From Phoronis australis (Eukaryota > Animalia > Phoronida), in contig NMRA01000079.1 in the NCBI GenBank assembly GCA_002633005.1, positions 615,225-679,224 of the forward strand: a DNA stretch of 64,000 nucleotides, read 5' to 3'. Made by a program: the position numbers and the translations under genes. Each line of letters opens with the position of its first letter. Position 1 is the stretch's first letter. Positions 1 through 13,000 of this stretch are shown in pieces. The notes beneath the pieces are model-generated. The model did not search any database. It saw only the letters and a list, made by a program, of their open reading frames with translations, and was not told the origin of the DNA.

Positions 1-2507
1 TATCTAAACTATTGCTCAATTTTTTAATCACATTCCAAGCATAATTCCCATTTTTGAGATAGCATATAGTAACTAGAAGTGATGTTGTTGTGGCAGAACT
101 CTTGGAAGGTTTTGTGTGCAGCAAAGACTTTCCGATTCCCATTTCCAAAATGGGAGTTGGGCATTTCCATTAAAAAAACATTCCGTCCTCCTTACGGCCT
201 AAACATGGAAATCGTGAAATCAGTTGGTTAAGTAAAGAATAACGGAAATTAGTCCCAAAATTACCATGTCATGATGAAGATGGTTTCTGTTGTCAAAAGG
301 AATAGGAAATTTGAAATCTTTAGTGAATGATATGAAACAGNCTCATGGCGTTTTAAATTTACTCACTTTTTTCTCCAAGTGACCATTTTCTGTTGGGTAT
401 GGAAAGCTTTCAGATGAACTTTTGTGTTGAGTAGCCTAGCTGTTTTATGATTTCCATTTTATGAGCCAGGCAATGAGGAAATGCCCCTTTAAAGATGTAT
501 TAAAAATGGTTAGAACTCGTTGGGTCAGTGTATGAATGTGTTTGTTGTGTGGATGTTTATGTATTGGTGTGCATGTGCTAATGAATGCACGCATGTGTCT
601 GAATGGTGATCAGGGCTGTGATATCTAATAAGAATTACCCCTAAGGGGTCGCTGTGCAAATTTTGTAACAATAAATTTATGATTCTTGCACCAGGTGTTG
701 TATTTGTGGCAGAGTGTGGTATGCAAGAACAGGCCTGGTTTTTTACGTTGTCACCTTATTTTGAGCCATCCAGAAAAGCCAACAGCGTTCTACAAAACAT
801 TCTTTCCGACAGCTGAATCTGGAAATTGAATGAAGTGGAAATTTCACTCAAGGCCTATGAATGGGTCTAAGAAGTATCTGATTCAATTTTTGTTGTTGCT
901 TACACTTTTGAAGTCAACCGAACTCCTCTTAATTGGGATAAGGAATGTTGGCTTTATGTGACACATCGTTTTCTCAGAACAAGTCCCTATACTAGGTCCA
1001 TTTTTATGCAAAATGTCCACTCGTAAATAATGCTAAAAGATTGAGACTTTTTTGCCACGTTTGTCATCGAAAGTGCTTGGCTAAGTTGTAGTAAAAAATT
1101 GGTCCAATATTGTTGCTGATTACCAGAAGAAAAATCTAAAAAGTGGTTTGTTGTACACTTCCAAACACAAGGTCCCAGGGTTCAACTTTCCAAAATGATG
1201 TCTACATTTAGTGATACCCAAATTTGAACAAAGATCATATCAAACTTATGCCTATCTGTTCAAAGTTCATCGTGTGCTGACAGTTGTATTATTATATAAA
1301 ATTTTAAAACGTTCAAGTGAATTCGTCTTGCTTAGTCTTGTTGAAATTTTTGATAAAACAATATTTTACCGTTCTGCCATTTTGCATTCTAATTTGATGA
1401 AGCTTTACTGTACTTCACTTCATGGGGCCCACAAAATGAGATGTTCTTCAAAAATTAACATGACGAGGAACGATCATAGTATTCTGGAGGAATTTGGCTG
1501 TCCTGCAAAATACATCATGACTGAATGAGAAGCTGAACAGATTGGTTTCATTTTTTAATTCCATTTCATCAACAAAATTATGCCCATGGTATGTCACATC
1601 ACTTAATAATTAAGTATTACGTTTTTTCTCGTCTCAATTGGCAAAAAGTCACCGAGCCTCTAAAGGACACTATTCAGAATTAGACTGCTGTCAGTCAAAA
1701 TGCGGTGACCCTATTTTGACAAAATCATCAACAAGTTTGACTTTTACAACCATATTAAAAATACAAGACTGTCAAGCCATTAACGAATTTATTCACCGTC
1801 ACTGTTAATTTACTCTTGCACCATGCACACTTCAAGCAATCAATGACCTAAGTACAACAGGACCTTATTGCACAGCAAAAACATGACAAGGAGCACTGAG
1901 TCGACCTACGGGCCAATTATAGTTAATTTTGTTGTTCCATTATTCAAAGTTGCTACTATGAGGCAAGTATTTTCTCAAAAACAATGTTCATGATGACTGC
2001 TCAAAACAAACACCAATTCAAATCACAGATCTAATGTTGTAGGTAGATGAATAGCTTAAAAAGTCACCATTACGGCAAACAGTGAGAAAAATGGTGAGAT
2101 GACACCAAACATAAATACCCCATTTTATGATTAGAATTTAACAAATGATTGCTGAAGTAATTCACAAAATGGGACATTACTTCATTAGTAAGCATTACAC
2201 AAAACAGCACACCATGAAAAAGAAGCTGCACAGGTATGAAAAATGACAAGCATGGCAGGTAACACAGCAAAGACACCAAGCATTCAAATGCCTGGTGGAC
2301 CTTGCTGACACCTTGCAAGGAGTAGACTGAGTACAACCAGCGTGAAAACTTGATCACATGGTCATACACAAATCGCTTACTAATTAGTATTCCTTGATAA
2401 TACTCAGCTAACTCAGTACAATCTTACAACAAACCATTTTGGCTTGGACAGGGTAACTAGTCCTCAAAGTGGCTTAGAATTTTAGTAATTGGAAATCTCC
2501 CGTATAC

Positions 2508-2702
2508 TTCACACACAATAGGCCTTTTGAAATTGACATGTAAGTCCAGTGAAAGTAGTTCTTAGTGAACCCTGCTCTTAGTCATACAGTTTACCTGACG
2601 TGTAAGTAAAGGCAGCTTAACAAGGGACTCATAGTCCTGTCTGAGTTATAATATTAACTGTTTTATTATCCTCTACGGTTTGGAATAGCCGAGCCCAGAA
2701 TG
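2508..2702 (+). repeat. Dispersed repeat, copy 1 (homologous to 34866-35062)
   Basis: Colinear shared blocks with 34866-35062: cacacacaat..cttttgaaattgacatg.aagtccagtgaaagta..gtcatacA..tgtaagtaaa..cagcttaacaa. Confidence 0.65.
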
Positions 2703-3770
2703 TACTGTGACCCCTTGAACGTGCCTAACAAAGTCAATGGCTTATCAATTTGATCTCAAGTAAGTATGACAAATAAAAAAGTAAAAAAAAACACCAAAAA
2801 CCGATAAATATGATTGTTAACACTCAGTTATAATTTTATAACATTAAGACAATGCTGGATAAGTTCGTTCAAGCAATGGCAAAGTAACATTTAGAAAAAG
2901 TAATGTTTTTCAAAAAACAAAATGAAAAAATATTTTCTACCATTTTAGCATGAATGCAGAATTTGTGAGGGTTATGAAACAGAGACAGACCTATAGTCAT
3001 GTCACTCTTATTTAGACATAAAAGATCATGCCCTTTAAATTTCACAAAACAACCCTTTTAATAATAACAATTATAGAGTTGTAACAAATCAAATCTTCAC
3101 AGAACACCAAAACGTGAATTTCACCTCACACATACATGTACATTACAGTTCAGTTTGAAATTACATACGCTCAATGTTGCAACAGAAAGAAGGAAACACA
3201 CCCTTCTCTGAAGCCTGTCACTAGCGAAGTGCCCGACACATACAGTCGCGCCTGCATGCCCACGTAACAAAGGCGCACTGAGACGCAAAAAATACATTAG
3301 CATAAGAATAAATGAACAATAACAACTAAATAAGCATAACAATAAACGTACAGTTACTAAAGTCTCCTCACAGGCTCTCGAGTAAATAAAGTAACAAATA
3401 AATTTCTAGTCCATTGTGCCAATCAGAGTGAATTCTGCTCTTGATGACACAAAAATAAAGAATAATATTAAAAGTTTAATACGTTATTTGCTGGATAACT
3501 TTGGATTGTTGCATGGCGTGAACAGCATTGTTCAGTAATGGCCTTCTACAGCGTTACCCTGTAATGTCATTGTTATCCAGCATGAATTCAATTTAGCATA
3601 CCACTTGATCGTCTCACAAGATCCTTGGTCAATATTGACCAAGACAGTTGTAAGAGAATGAAATCATGTTTTGCTAGAGAAGTAATGGTTCTTACCTTGT
3701 TACCATACAACACATCCTTGGCTGGGAAGTAACTATTGTAATGAAAACTGCATTTTTCATACCGTTTGAG

Positions 3771-4018
3771 ACAAAGTAGTCCCATGACAAAGTAGTCCTG
3801 TCATGTCAAAGTGGTACTGAAACAAACTTGTCTAACAACAAACTAGTCGTATGACAAAACAGTTCTACAACAAAGTAGTCCCATGGCAAAATAATTTTAT
3901 GACAAATTTGTCCAATGATAAAATATTCCTACAATAAAGTAATTCCATGGCAAAAGTAGTCCTACAACAAAGTGGTCCCATTGTAAAGTAGTTCAGAATC
4001 TATAACAGAGTAGTCCTC
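3771..4018. repeat. Degenerate 16-bp tandem repeat (ACAAAGTAGTCCCATG), about 15 units, just downstream of the myosin stop codon
   Basis: Recurrent caaagtagtcc core at about 16-bp periodicity. Confidence 0.7.
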
Positions 4019-4077
4019 AGGACAACAGAGGCACCACCTCATACGACTGCATCTTGGATTTTTCAAACAGTTTTCAC

Positions 4078-7000
4078 TCAGTGGCGCGGTAGTCGAGTGC
4101 GCACAGTTGACAACTTTTTCTTAGTGTACTCCACATTCTGTTCAACCTGAAGAATAAGTAGGTCAAAGGTCAACATTACGAAACAAGTTGCATCATCAGA
4201 CTGCAAAACAAAGCTGTCGGTCGATCCTGTAAAAAAGAGCACAACATGCAATAGCTTCTTCAAATTTCCGTTCTAAGGCCACGACTGTACGTTTGACCGA
4301 GTCTAATCTGACTGAAATTTAGGGAATTTTACAGCAAAGCAATTCGGCTATTGTCTGAAAACTAATGTCTTACAAATAATCTTCAGTTTCTCTACGGAGT
4401 TTTGCCTCTTATATTCGGCTTGAAACAATGGAAGAACTTGGAAGAAATGTAGGTACTCATTTTTTCAACTCTTAATCCGTCTGCACGAAAGATGTTCATG
4501 TTCAAGGCATACATGTACATGTACCTGATTACGTATTAGATGAGTGTAGGCATCTTGCTCCCTGGAGGTCAACTGGCCTGCCACCGACGGCTGTTTGTAG
4601 TTACGGTCAGGCACAGAGGGTCCTCCGGGGTGAATGGCCTATGACAAAAAAATGCATTCACGTAGTACAGGAGACTCCGAAACACATTGGATGAAATGAC
4701 CAAGAATTCCCTGCCGTGATGGCAAAAAGCAAGCCGAATTCACCAACAGGTTAAAGGAGTAGAATGAACACATTACAGCGTTTCCCGTTGCTCCCAACTT
4801 GTTCGATTCTATAGCCCAACAACAAGTTGGGAAGTTTACCCCTGTAGCCAATATCTTACATGACTGATTAACTCCATTCTGGCAATTATGGTTGGAGTGC
4901 CAGCTCTCTTTTGTTTGATAACTGCTCTAATCTCCAATAAGATCATAGCTACCCTGACTGTGCTGTGCTGTTAAAAATGAAAGTTAGTGTATATCTGAAC
5001 ATAAACCAATAGCATTTCTGAAATCTTCATCAAGTGGTGATCATGTTTAGTTTTTGAATCGCAAAAATCGCCCAACTGCAACCAAAGTTACGACAATATA
5101 TTCTTTCCGAATACAGCACATGACAGCGACATCCCGTTGCTCCCAACTTGTTCCATTCTATAGCCCAAAAACTAGTTGGGAAGTTTACCCCCAAAGTAGC
5201 CAATATCTTACACGACTGATTAACTTCATTCTTGCATGTGCTCTTTTGTTCGATAATTGCTCTAATCTCCAATCAGATCGTATCTAGCCTTACTGGGCTG
5301 GGCTTATAGAAGTGAAAGTTAAGTTATAACATATTTGAGCTTAAACCAATAGCATTTCTGAATTCCTCGTCAAATGCTGAACATGTTTCGTTTGTGAGTC
5401 ACCAAAATCGCCCAACTTACAGAAGTTACGACAATCTATTCTGTTCAAACGGATTACCAACGCACTGGGTTTGACTGTGTTCATATGCGTTCGGTAATAG
5501 TGTGCAAGCACCATAAGTTTCCTTTGAAGCCTGGGAGATATTTGGCATGCTTGTTATCATACTGGACAAAAGTCTGAGCTGGGCAGTTAACAAAAGAGCC
5601 AGATGTTATCGCACCTTCAGCACCCCTCACATCTGGAAAAGTTACTGAACGACAAAACGCTGTAATGAATTCACTCTGGATTTGACTATCTTCACATGTG
5701 GCCTGTAATAAACCTGGTGGATAATTGGCCTGCCTGTTGTCATAACAGACTAAAGACAGTGCTTGGCAGTTAACAAAGAGGCGAGATGTTATCACACGCT
5801 CAGAACCCCCTACGTCTGGTTAAGTCACTGAACGGGAAAACGCTGTCATGGACAAGGCATGGGGAATTACTAACCGTTATGACAGCAAATGAATTTTAAT
5901 CTGATTACATTTGGCGTGTACTGTACATAAATACAACATTCTGTTCTCAGTTTCTGAATTTAATCAACAATTTCATCCTTTAAGTTCAAAGTAACAATGG
6001 CATCATTTTTATTTTAATAAAACAAATTGCTTATTACTCATATTATTGATGAACTCGTCATCCACCTAAAAAACAATACTGACATCACTTACTGCGGTTT
6101 CAAGGCTTGGAAAGAACTGACAGACTGCTGGAGGTTTTACGAGACGGTTTGTCATGGTGTGTCATTTTATGCAGTAAGTAGACAAAAAAGTCAAAAAGCA
6201 AAATTTGGACAGAACAAGAGTTCATAGCCACATTTAGCTATCATACAATCAGATTTACCACAAAAAGTTTAATAACACCCATTAATATGCTGTAACACCC
6301 AAAAAATGATATGATTCCATTTGTCGTACTAACAAAAGACTGGGTGGGAATAGATGGTCAACGAAACATCTGACTTCACCATGGCTTTCATAATAAAAGT
6401 AAGTAAAATGACTATCATAATGATAAAGCCAAGAAAGGGACGGATGAATGAACACAGTTTCAACTTACCATGTACTGGGGGTCGAGATAGGACGCTCTGT
6501 CACCTACGCTGGCATACATCTGTGAAAAATGAACGAAACTGCATTTGACAGCAATTCGCAAAAACACGGAATCAAACCCACTACACACTCAGTAGCAGCC
6601 GAAAGCTTAGCAATAGTCGGCTACAATGTGCCCACAATTTGAGAACCAGTTTGATGCCCGATATGAGTGGAGAAAACTGGTTCTCAAAATGCGAGGACAA
6701 CTATTTCCAAATGCTCTAATACTGACCCAAATCCGATGCTTTAAATAGCAGAGTATCTGAAGCATGTCTAAATGATAAAGACAATGACTTTGATTTCAGC
6801 TTATGTCTGACAGATAAGGGTAAGATTTGGCAATTTGTAATAAAACCACGATGAGAAAACACAGTGCAAAATTCAACAGACTATGATGATGATAATTTAT
6901 GAGTAATTGCGACCTTTCCTTATTAACAAGTGACAACCAAATTTTACAAGAAACAGGCTTGCCGACTGTGTAATGGAACTTAAGGTTACGTAAGTTTTGG

Positions 7001-10000
7001 AAGAACTTTTTGCAGTCTAGTTACGGGAAACAACTTCGTCCACATGTAATGATCTATGCACAGTGAACAATTGATGATCCTTAAAGTAGTCAGTACCCAA
7101 GATAAGGACAATCTAAAGAACAAAATACCCGTGGCTTTAAAGTATTAGTTCTGGTCTGTGTTTTCTTTGTCAGCTGAACCATTGCCAAGCCTAGGTACGT
7201 TTATTTTGCTTTTGAAAAAAGAACTTTTAAAATGTGAGCGGTGCGAGAGGGAGTGAGACGCAGCTTTCATAATGAGTCGAGCGCAGATTGATACCAATTA
7301 TGCTATTTTTGGCCTAATATTTTGATTCTGCTGAATAACTTTTCAAAAGTAAGAAACAAAGCATAAAGTTACGAGGAAGGTCACTGGTAATGTGCTAATG
7401 CACACAACATCAAGGCTGGTGCCAAACACTCACCCCAGAGTCAGAGCTCTCCTCCACCTCAAAGTAAAGGTCGTCAGAGACCACTAGCTCACCATAGTCA
7501 CATTCACCTGTTGCCTGGCCACACGGTTCAGTAAGCAGGCCAGCATAGTTGGAGATTGGTGTCTGAAGGAGCAGACAAATGACACGATTAGACGTAGTAA
7601 TTCCAGGCAAAAACTGCCCAATTTTAACTGTTAATTTCATCTAACGAACGTTAATAGACGAATACAAGTGCCTGGTCGCAAATCAAAAAGATAGTATTAT
7701 GTGAAACCATCTATCAATCTTCGCACGTTGACCATATTCAGTATTAAGTTGATGGTTGGAACACCTTAATCTTGCCATCGAGCTAATAAAAATATGTGGT
7801 AATGGTAGCGGCAAATACATTTCACATTTCTACGCAGGAGACTTAAAAAAATAGGTATCACACCTTGAGCTGTTATGTACACTAATTGTTTGTCGTTCTT
7901 GTAGATTATGGTACAAGTTCCTCACAGCCCACACATTGATGAAGCAACAAAATACAAAGACATGCCTTTTGTAACTACATTTTCACCAAATACACCATGT
8001 TTTGTCTCCTAGCTTCACCTAGGGAAAATAACATTTCACACACAGCTTTGTAGAATCTTGGTCTGGATAACTTAATTAACGAGACCCAATATTTCACAGA
8101 GCCATCATCACAAAACATCCAAAAAATAAGTTATTCTCCCCAAACAGATGTTCACATGACAAGCTATTTGCCTCTAGCATACAGTAATCCCACCTTTTGG
8201 TGATAAGCGACAAGTGCACTCAGATCTTTGTGTACTTTTGGTTCACCAACGATCACGTACTTCCCGCTGCGCGTCTGGTCGATCATATAGTGGCGACACC
8301 TGTCTTCAACCCTGGAAAAAATAAATATTGCCAGCAAATTAGTTTCACGCTTACTTTTTTGACGACAAATAATGTAAACAAGTGTCTTCTGATTTACATA
8401 ATATATAATTTATCAAAAAAAGGTAAAGAATGGTCTTATTTATTTGATAAATTTCTCTGTATCATTTAGCAGTCTGCGAGTGATTGTTATTCATAGAGAT
8501 AACATTTCCTCTGGCAATTGAGAGATCAACCTTTTAGGCAATTGGTAATTGTTGCCAAATTGACACAACTCCCTTACCTTCCTAGCTCAATTCTTTGCTC
8601 GGTACCTGAGCCACTTCGATAACTACTGCATTTACAATACGATAAAAGACTACTCAGCAAATTTTTGTTTTAGAGCTACAGCCAATCAAAGAAATTATAA
8701 AATTCAATCATTCTAGCTATTGCCTATGAGCGGAACAACAGACATGTCATAATCCAGTACTATAACAGATATGACATAAATTAACATTATACTAACACTC
8801 TGAGCTAATTCTGAATGAGAGACATGCCACGATCCAACATACTGAGCTACATACCTGAATGAGAGAGAATAGCCAAAACGACTTTCACTGACTCGAATAA
8901 GGAAGCAGCCAATTGGCTTAGTATGGAGTAGGAGTTCAGCCTCTCTGAAACATTAAAAAATTCAGGGGCTGATTTCTACGTTCGAGTTGACCTTATACTT
9001 TTGTAAACCTGGTGGAAAAAGGAGGCTACACTGAATAAATGTCATAGGTGTGTGTCTGTCTGTACAACATGTTTTTGTTTTTAACACATAATTTATATTT
9101 TCAAATTGATGAACTAATAATATTTGTGAAATTAAGATTAAAAAATTAAATTGAACATTGTTGAATCAGAATCAACATGCAACATGCACTGTGATTATGT
9201 TAAAGTCTCACAAATTTACGACACAATATAGCCGACAAGTGAAGTAAATTTATTTTCCCTTTTCTTATACAATATAATGCACCATAAGATCTAACATCAC
9301 ACAAAGTTTCGAGAATTTCTGGGCACTCACAACAATATAACGAGACCTCGAAACACCAGAGAAGGGCAATTTGGCTATTACTTTTGTCAGAAATTAGTGA
9401 GAATTTACTATAGGCAGTGTGACTTAAAGAAGTATTCTGTGATAGGAATACACCAGTGATGCTGTAATTCCTTCAAAATGCAAGCGCCGTCTAAAAGGTA
9501 TTTTACGAAACCAAGATCTGCCCTAAGAGGCATTTGCCAACAACTGATTATGCCAGAATCTGACATTGTGTGGTAGGCTATGATGGGCCATTGGAGGAAA
9601 GTGTCGCCGGAAAAATACAAGCGTAATTGTGTACATTACGCTGTTAATTACGCCGTAAAATTACGAGCGTAATTGAATTCTTTACGGCGTAAAATTACTT
9701 TTAGCCAATGACGTTGGGTTTTACAATCTACGATCGCGCGCGCTCATGGACTGATGGATTTCATGGCTACGATACGAGCGCTGAATCATGGCGGATCAAA
9801 TCGCTGCTGCCATGTCAGCGATTGTGCAAGAACGAGCTGCCTAGCAACAGTCGTGTATGTTAGGTCATCACCGATTGGTTTAAATTTAAAACGTTCTTAA
9901 GGTATTTTACGAGAGTGTAATTTACGGCGACATTTCCACCATTTCATTTACGGGCGTAATTTTACTGCAACACTTTTCCCCATTTAATTTATGAGCGTAA

Positions 10001-13000
10001 TTGTACGGCGACACTTTCCCCTCAACGGCCCACCATAGTAGACAGTTGGCTAGTAGTAATACATCCTAGGGCTATACGATGATGGCCACATGGCTATTCC
10101 TGTTTTATGACTTCCAGTGAACACGTGAATCTTCTTATCAGATCGATAGGACCATTGAATGAGGACGCTTCATTCAAGTTTATGAACTAAAATTTAGCTG
10201 ATAACTAGAGTGTGGTGATTTGTTTAACAGCAATCTTGGCAATGAAGAACCTCCTAGTTCCCTAAGTTGCCTAAAGAGGGTGTGTCTGGTAAGCCATCAA
10301 GAGTACCTCCTCGTGATGATGCCATGGAACCATTCAAAGAAACCTCCTGACTGATCAGTCACCTTAGTCTTCTGAGTCTCTCTGAACCATCTGGAAATGA
10401 AGAATTTAGTGATTAAATAAGCAGTCTATTTCTTCAGGAAATTTCATCCTGCGGTGCTGCCGACTGTCACTTTTCAAATGGAATTTTTTTACCGTAAAAG
10501 CAATGTCCAGAAGCACTGATAGTTTTCTAATACTTCAATCTAGCCTTATTATATTCTCGTGTCACAGTAAGATAGTTTCAGCTGTCACAGCAGTTTTTCT
10601 GTTTGGATTATTTCAGAGGTATAATTGCAGCAAACAAACAAAAGATAAAAATGTGATGATACTGCTTTGGAAGCGCAAATGCACTTCTGAAGACTTTCTG
10701 ACTCCAGAATATGACTTAGAGTAGTTTTAACTGTTACTTGATAGTGCCTCAGCTGCTAAATTCAATTACATATTACGCATTCTTAATATGAAATACATAA
10801 TCAAATAAAATTAAAAGTATTTCTATTCCATTCACTTTTAATTGTATCGGGCAAAAATTTGATTTGAGAACTCTCATTTTGTATGAGTATGCATTACATT
10901 AAACTGATCACCAAGGTTTGGCAAATGCTCAATAGGGGGAGTACTGCTTCTGTAATGGGCCGTTCAATCTTACATTGACCTACCTAATCGAGGCTTGCCT
11001 GGTTCCCTGGGCACCATATTTAGTCTGTACTGTCTTCATTGGTTCAAACTCATCCTCCATCACTTCATCAGAGTCTGAGCTAGAGCTTTCTTCAGCCTCC
11101 TCCTAGAAACAAAAATCCAAGAAATACGGTAACCGTATTCGTCCCCATAAGCACAACTTGTCTGGGTTTTGAAAATATGCGCCCTCCCTCTCAATGTAAC
11201 CGACAATGTAATACGGATGCAAGACATAACTGTTCAACATAATATGTGATTCTTTACAGTACCATGACTTCAGTTTTAATATAAATCATGACTTTGTGAA
11301 CTAATAAATATCGTCTTGCATGGCATTTCCAAGTTTCAGCCTCTTCAGTCTTGATATTTGCCAGTCACAGCACACTCCACCTTCAGCAAAAGTTCAACAA
11401 TACTTCTAAACGTTTTTTGCCAAGAAGCATATTTGTTACAAATGACTATTGTTAACTTTACAGATGTTCTGATGACATCACAATGATGTAACCTGAAATG
11501 CCTGCTTATTAACCAATCGAAGATCCAATTGTCTTTGATTCTGGTAGCAAATGATTCTGATTTAGCGGTCTGTGGTTTGGAATGTAGGTAAATTTCTAAA
11601 CCAATGTGGTCGTCTACAGCGATGAAAGGACATTATGATACAAAACATTGCATCAACCAGTTTGAAAACTGCACCTCACCAGTACCAAGTAATCTTATAT
11701 TTGAAATAAAACTTTGATGCAGGCTTTTTCACCAGTGGTTTGCAGTGCAACTAAGTTTTCACCGAACTAAGTGACCCTTTTTCGTGACACTACAATGTAT
11801 ACCCTGGCTGCGTATTAGAGGGCAAATACGATACTGTTTAACAATTATGGAAAATACAGTTTTCAAAGTACCCGCAAACCCACTCACTCTGAGAGCCTTC
11901 TATACATTAAGCTTCAGCTGAAGTCACAATTTAAGTACAAAGTCCTAATTTGTTTTCAATGAGCAAAGGGTTCAGAATAATGTAATTAGATGATGAGCTC
12001 ATAATAAAGATCAAAATTATAGAAAAAGATTACATCTGTGAGTAAAGAATGACACAAATAGTCATCATATTAGATTTAGGGAACTTAGTTGAGTCTGTAT
12101 TTGAGACAGTTCATGCAACTGGGCACAGACGTTTTTGTAATTTTTGTCAGAACTTCAAATTAAAAGCAGACAAATTCACCAAAGACATGCTTGATTGAAA
12201 CACAGTACCTCTTCTTGATTCACTGCTTGCTGGGGTGCAACAATTTCTGGAATGTTGAATTCTGGAATTGTTTCCTGGGCTGTCTTGGGATTGAAAAACT
12301 CTATAAGCAATAAAAGAAGCAATCTGATTTGATTTAAAGTTTCAAAGCAACATAGATCCTACATTGTTTGACACATAAACAGTGTACAGAAGTCTCACTA
12401 TAGTCAAGGCATTCCCGATATGACTGGACATGATAATTGGCCAGGTGCAGTGATGCAGTGGTGGAAGATATCATGAGGTGGGCCCAACATTTTTCGTTTT
12501 GTGATCGTGCCTCCGCACACCCCAACACACACACACAGTCACGCAAAAGTAAATGCCCACGATTAGCACCAACGTAATAAATATCAAAACTTGTTTCCGT
12601 GCCATTTTTACTCATTTCTTTCTAAGCAGCCAGTCCGGGCCTCCTCCCCCAATTGCAAGTACTGGTGATGAGTTTATGATTAGGTAATTATAACCTTGTG
12701 CTGAAGTCTCCAATAAGTCAAATATCAGCAAATTTAACACGCAGTAAAAGTATTAAATTTTGTGACGTAGAAATCCTGCAGAAATTGTTTTGGAGCTTAT
12801 TTGGATCATGACATCTTGTCTTTTTAGGAATTAAGTTAATCAAAAAAGTATACTGATTACATATTAACAAAACATCTTTGTCAATTACAGGTCACAATTT
12901 TTTTTCATTTCTGTTTGATGTAATCTATTGGGTTTTTATAAAAATCCTCACTGAACTATTTATTCATGAAAAAATGTAAAATTTTACAATTTGGAGAACA

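Noticed and set aside
1211-1528. 105-aa ORF and other 60-130 aa ORFs in AT-rich introns
   Set aside because: Composition reflects AT-rich non-coding DNA, with no motifs or splice support.
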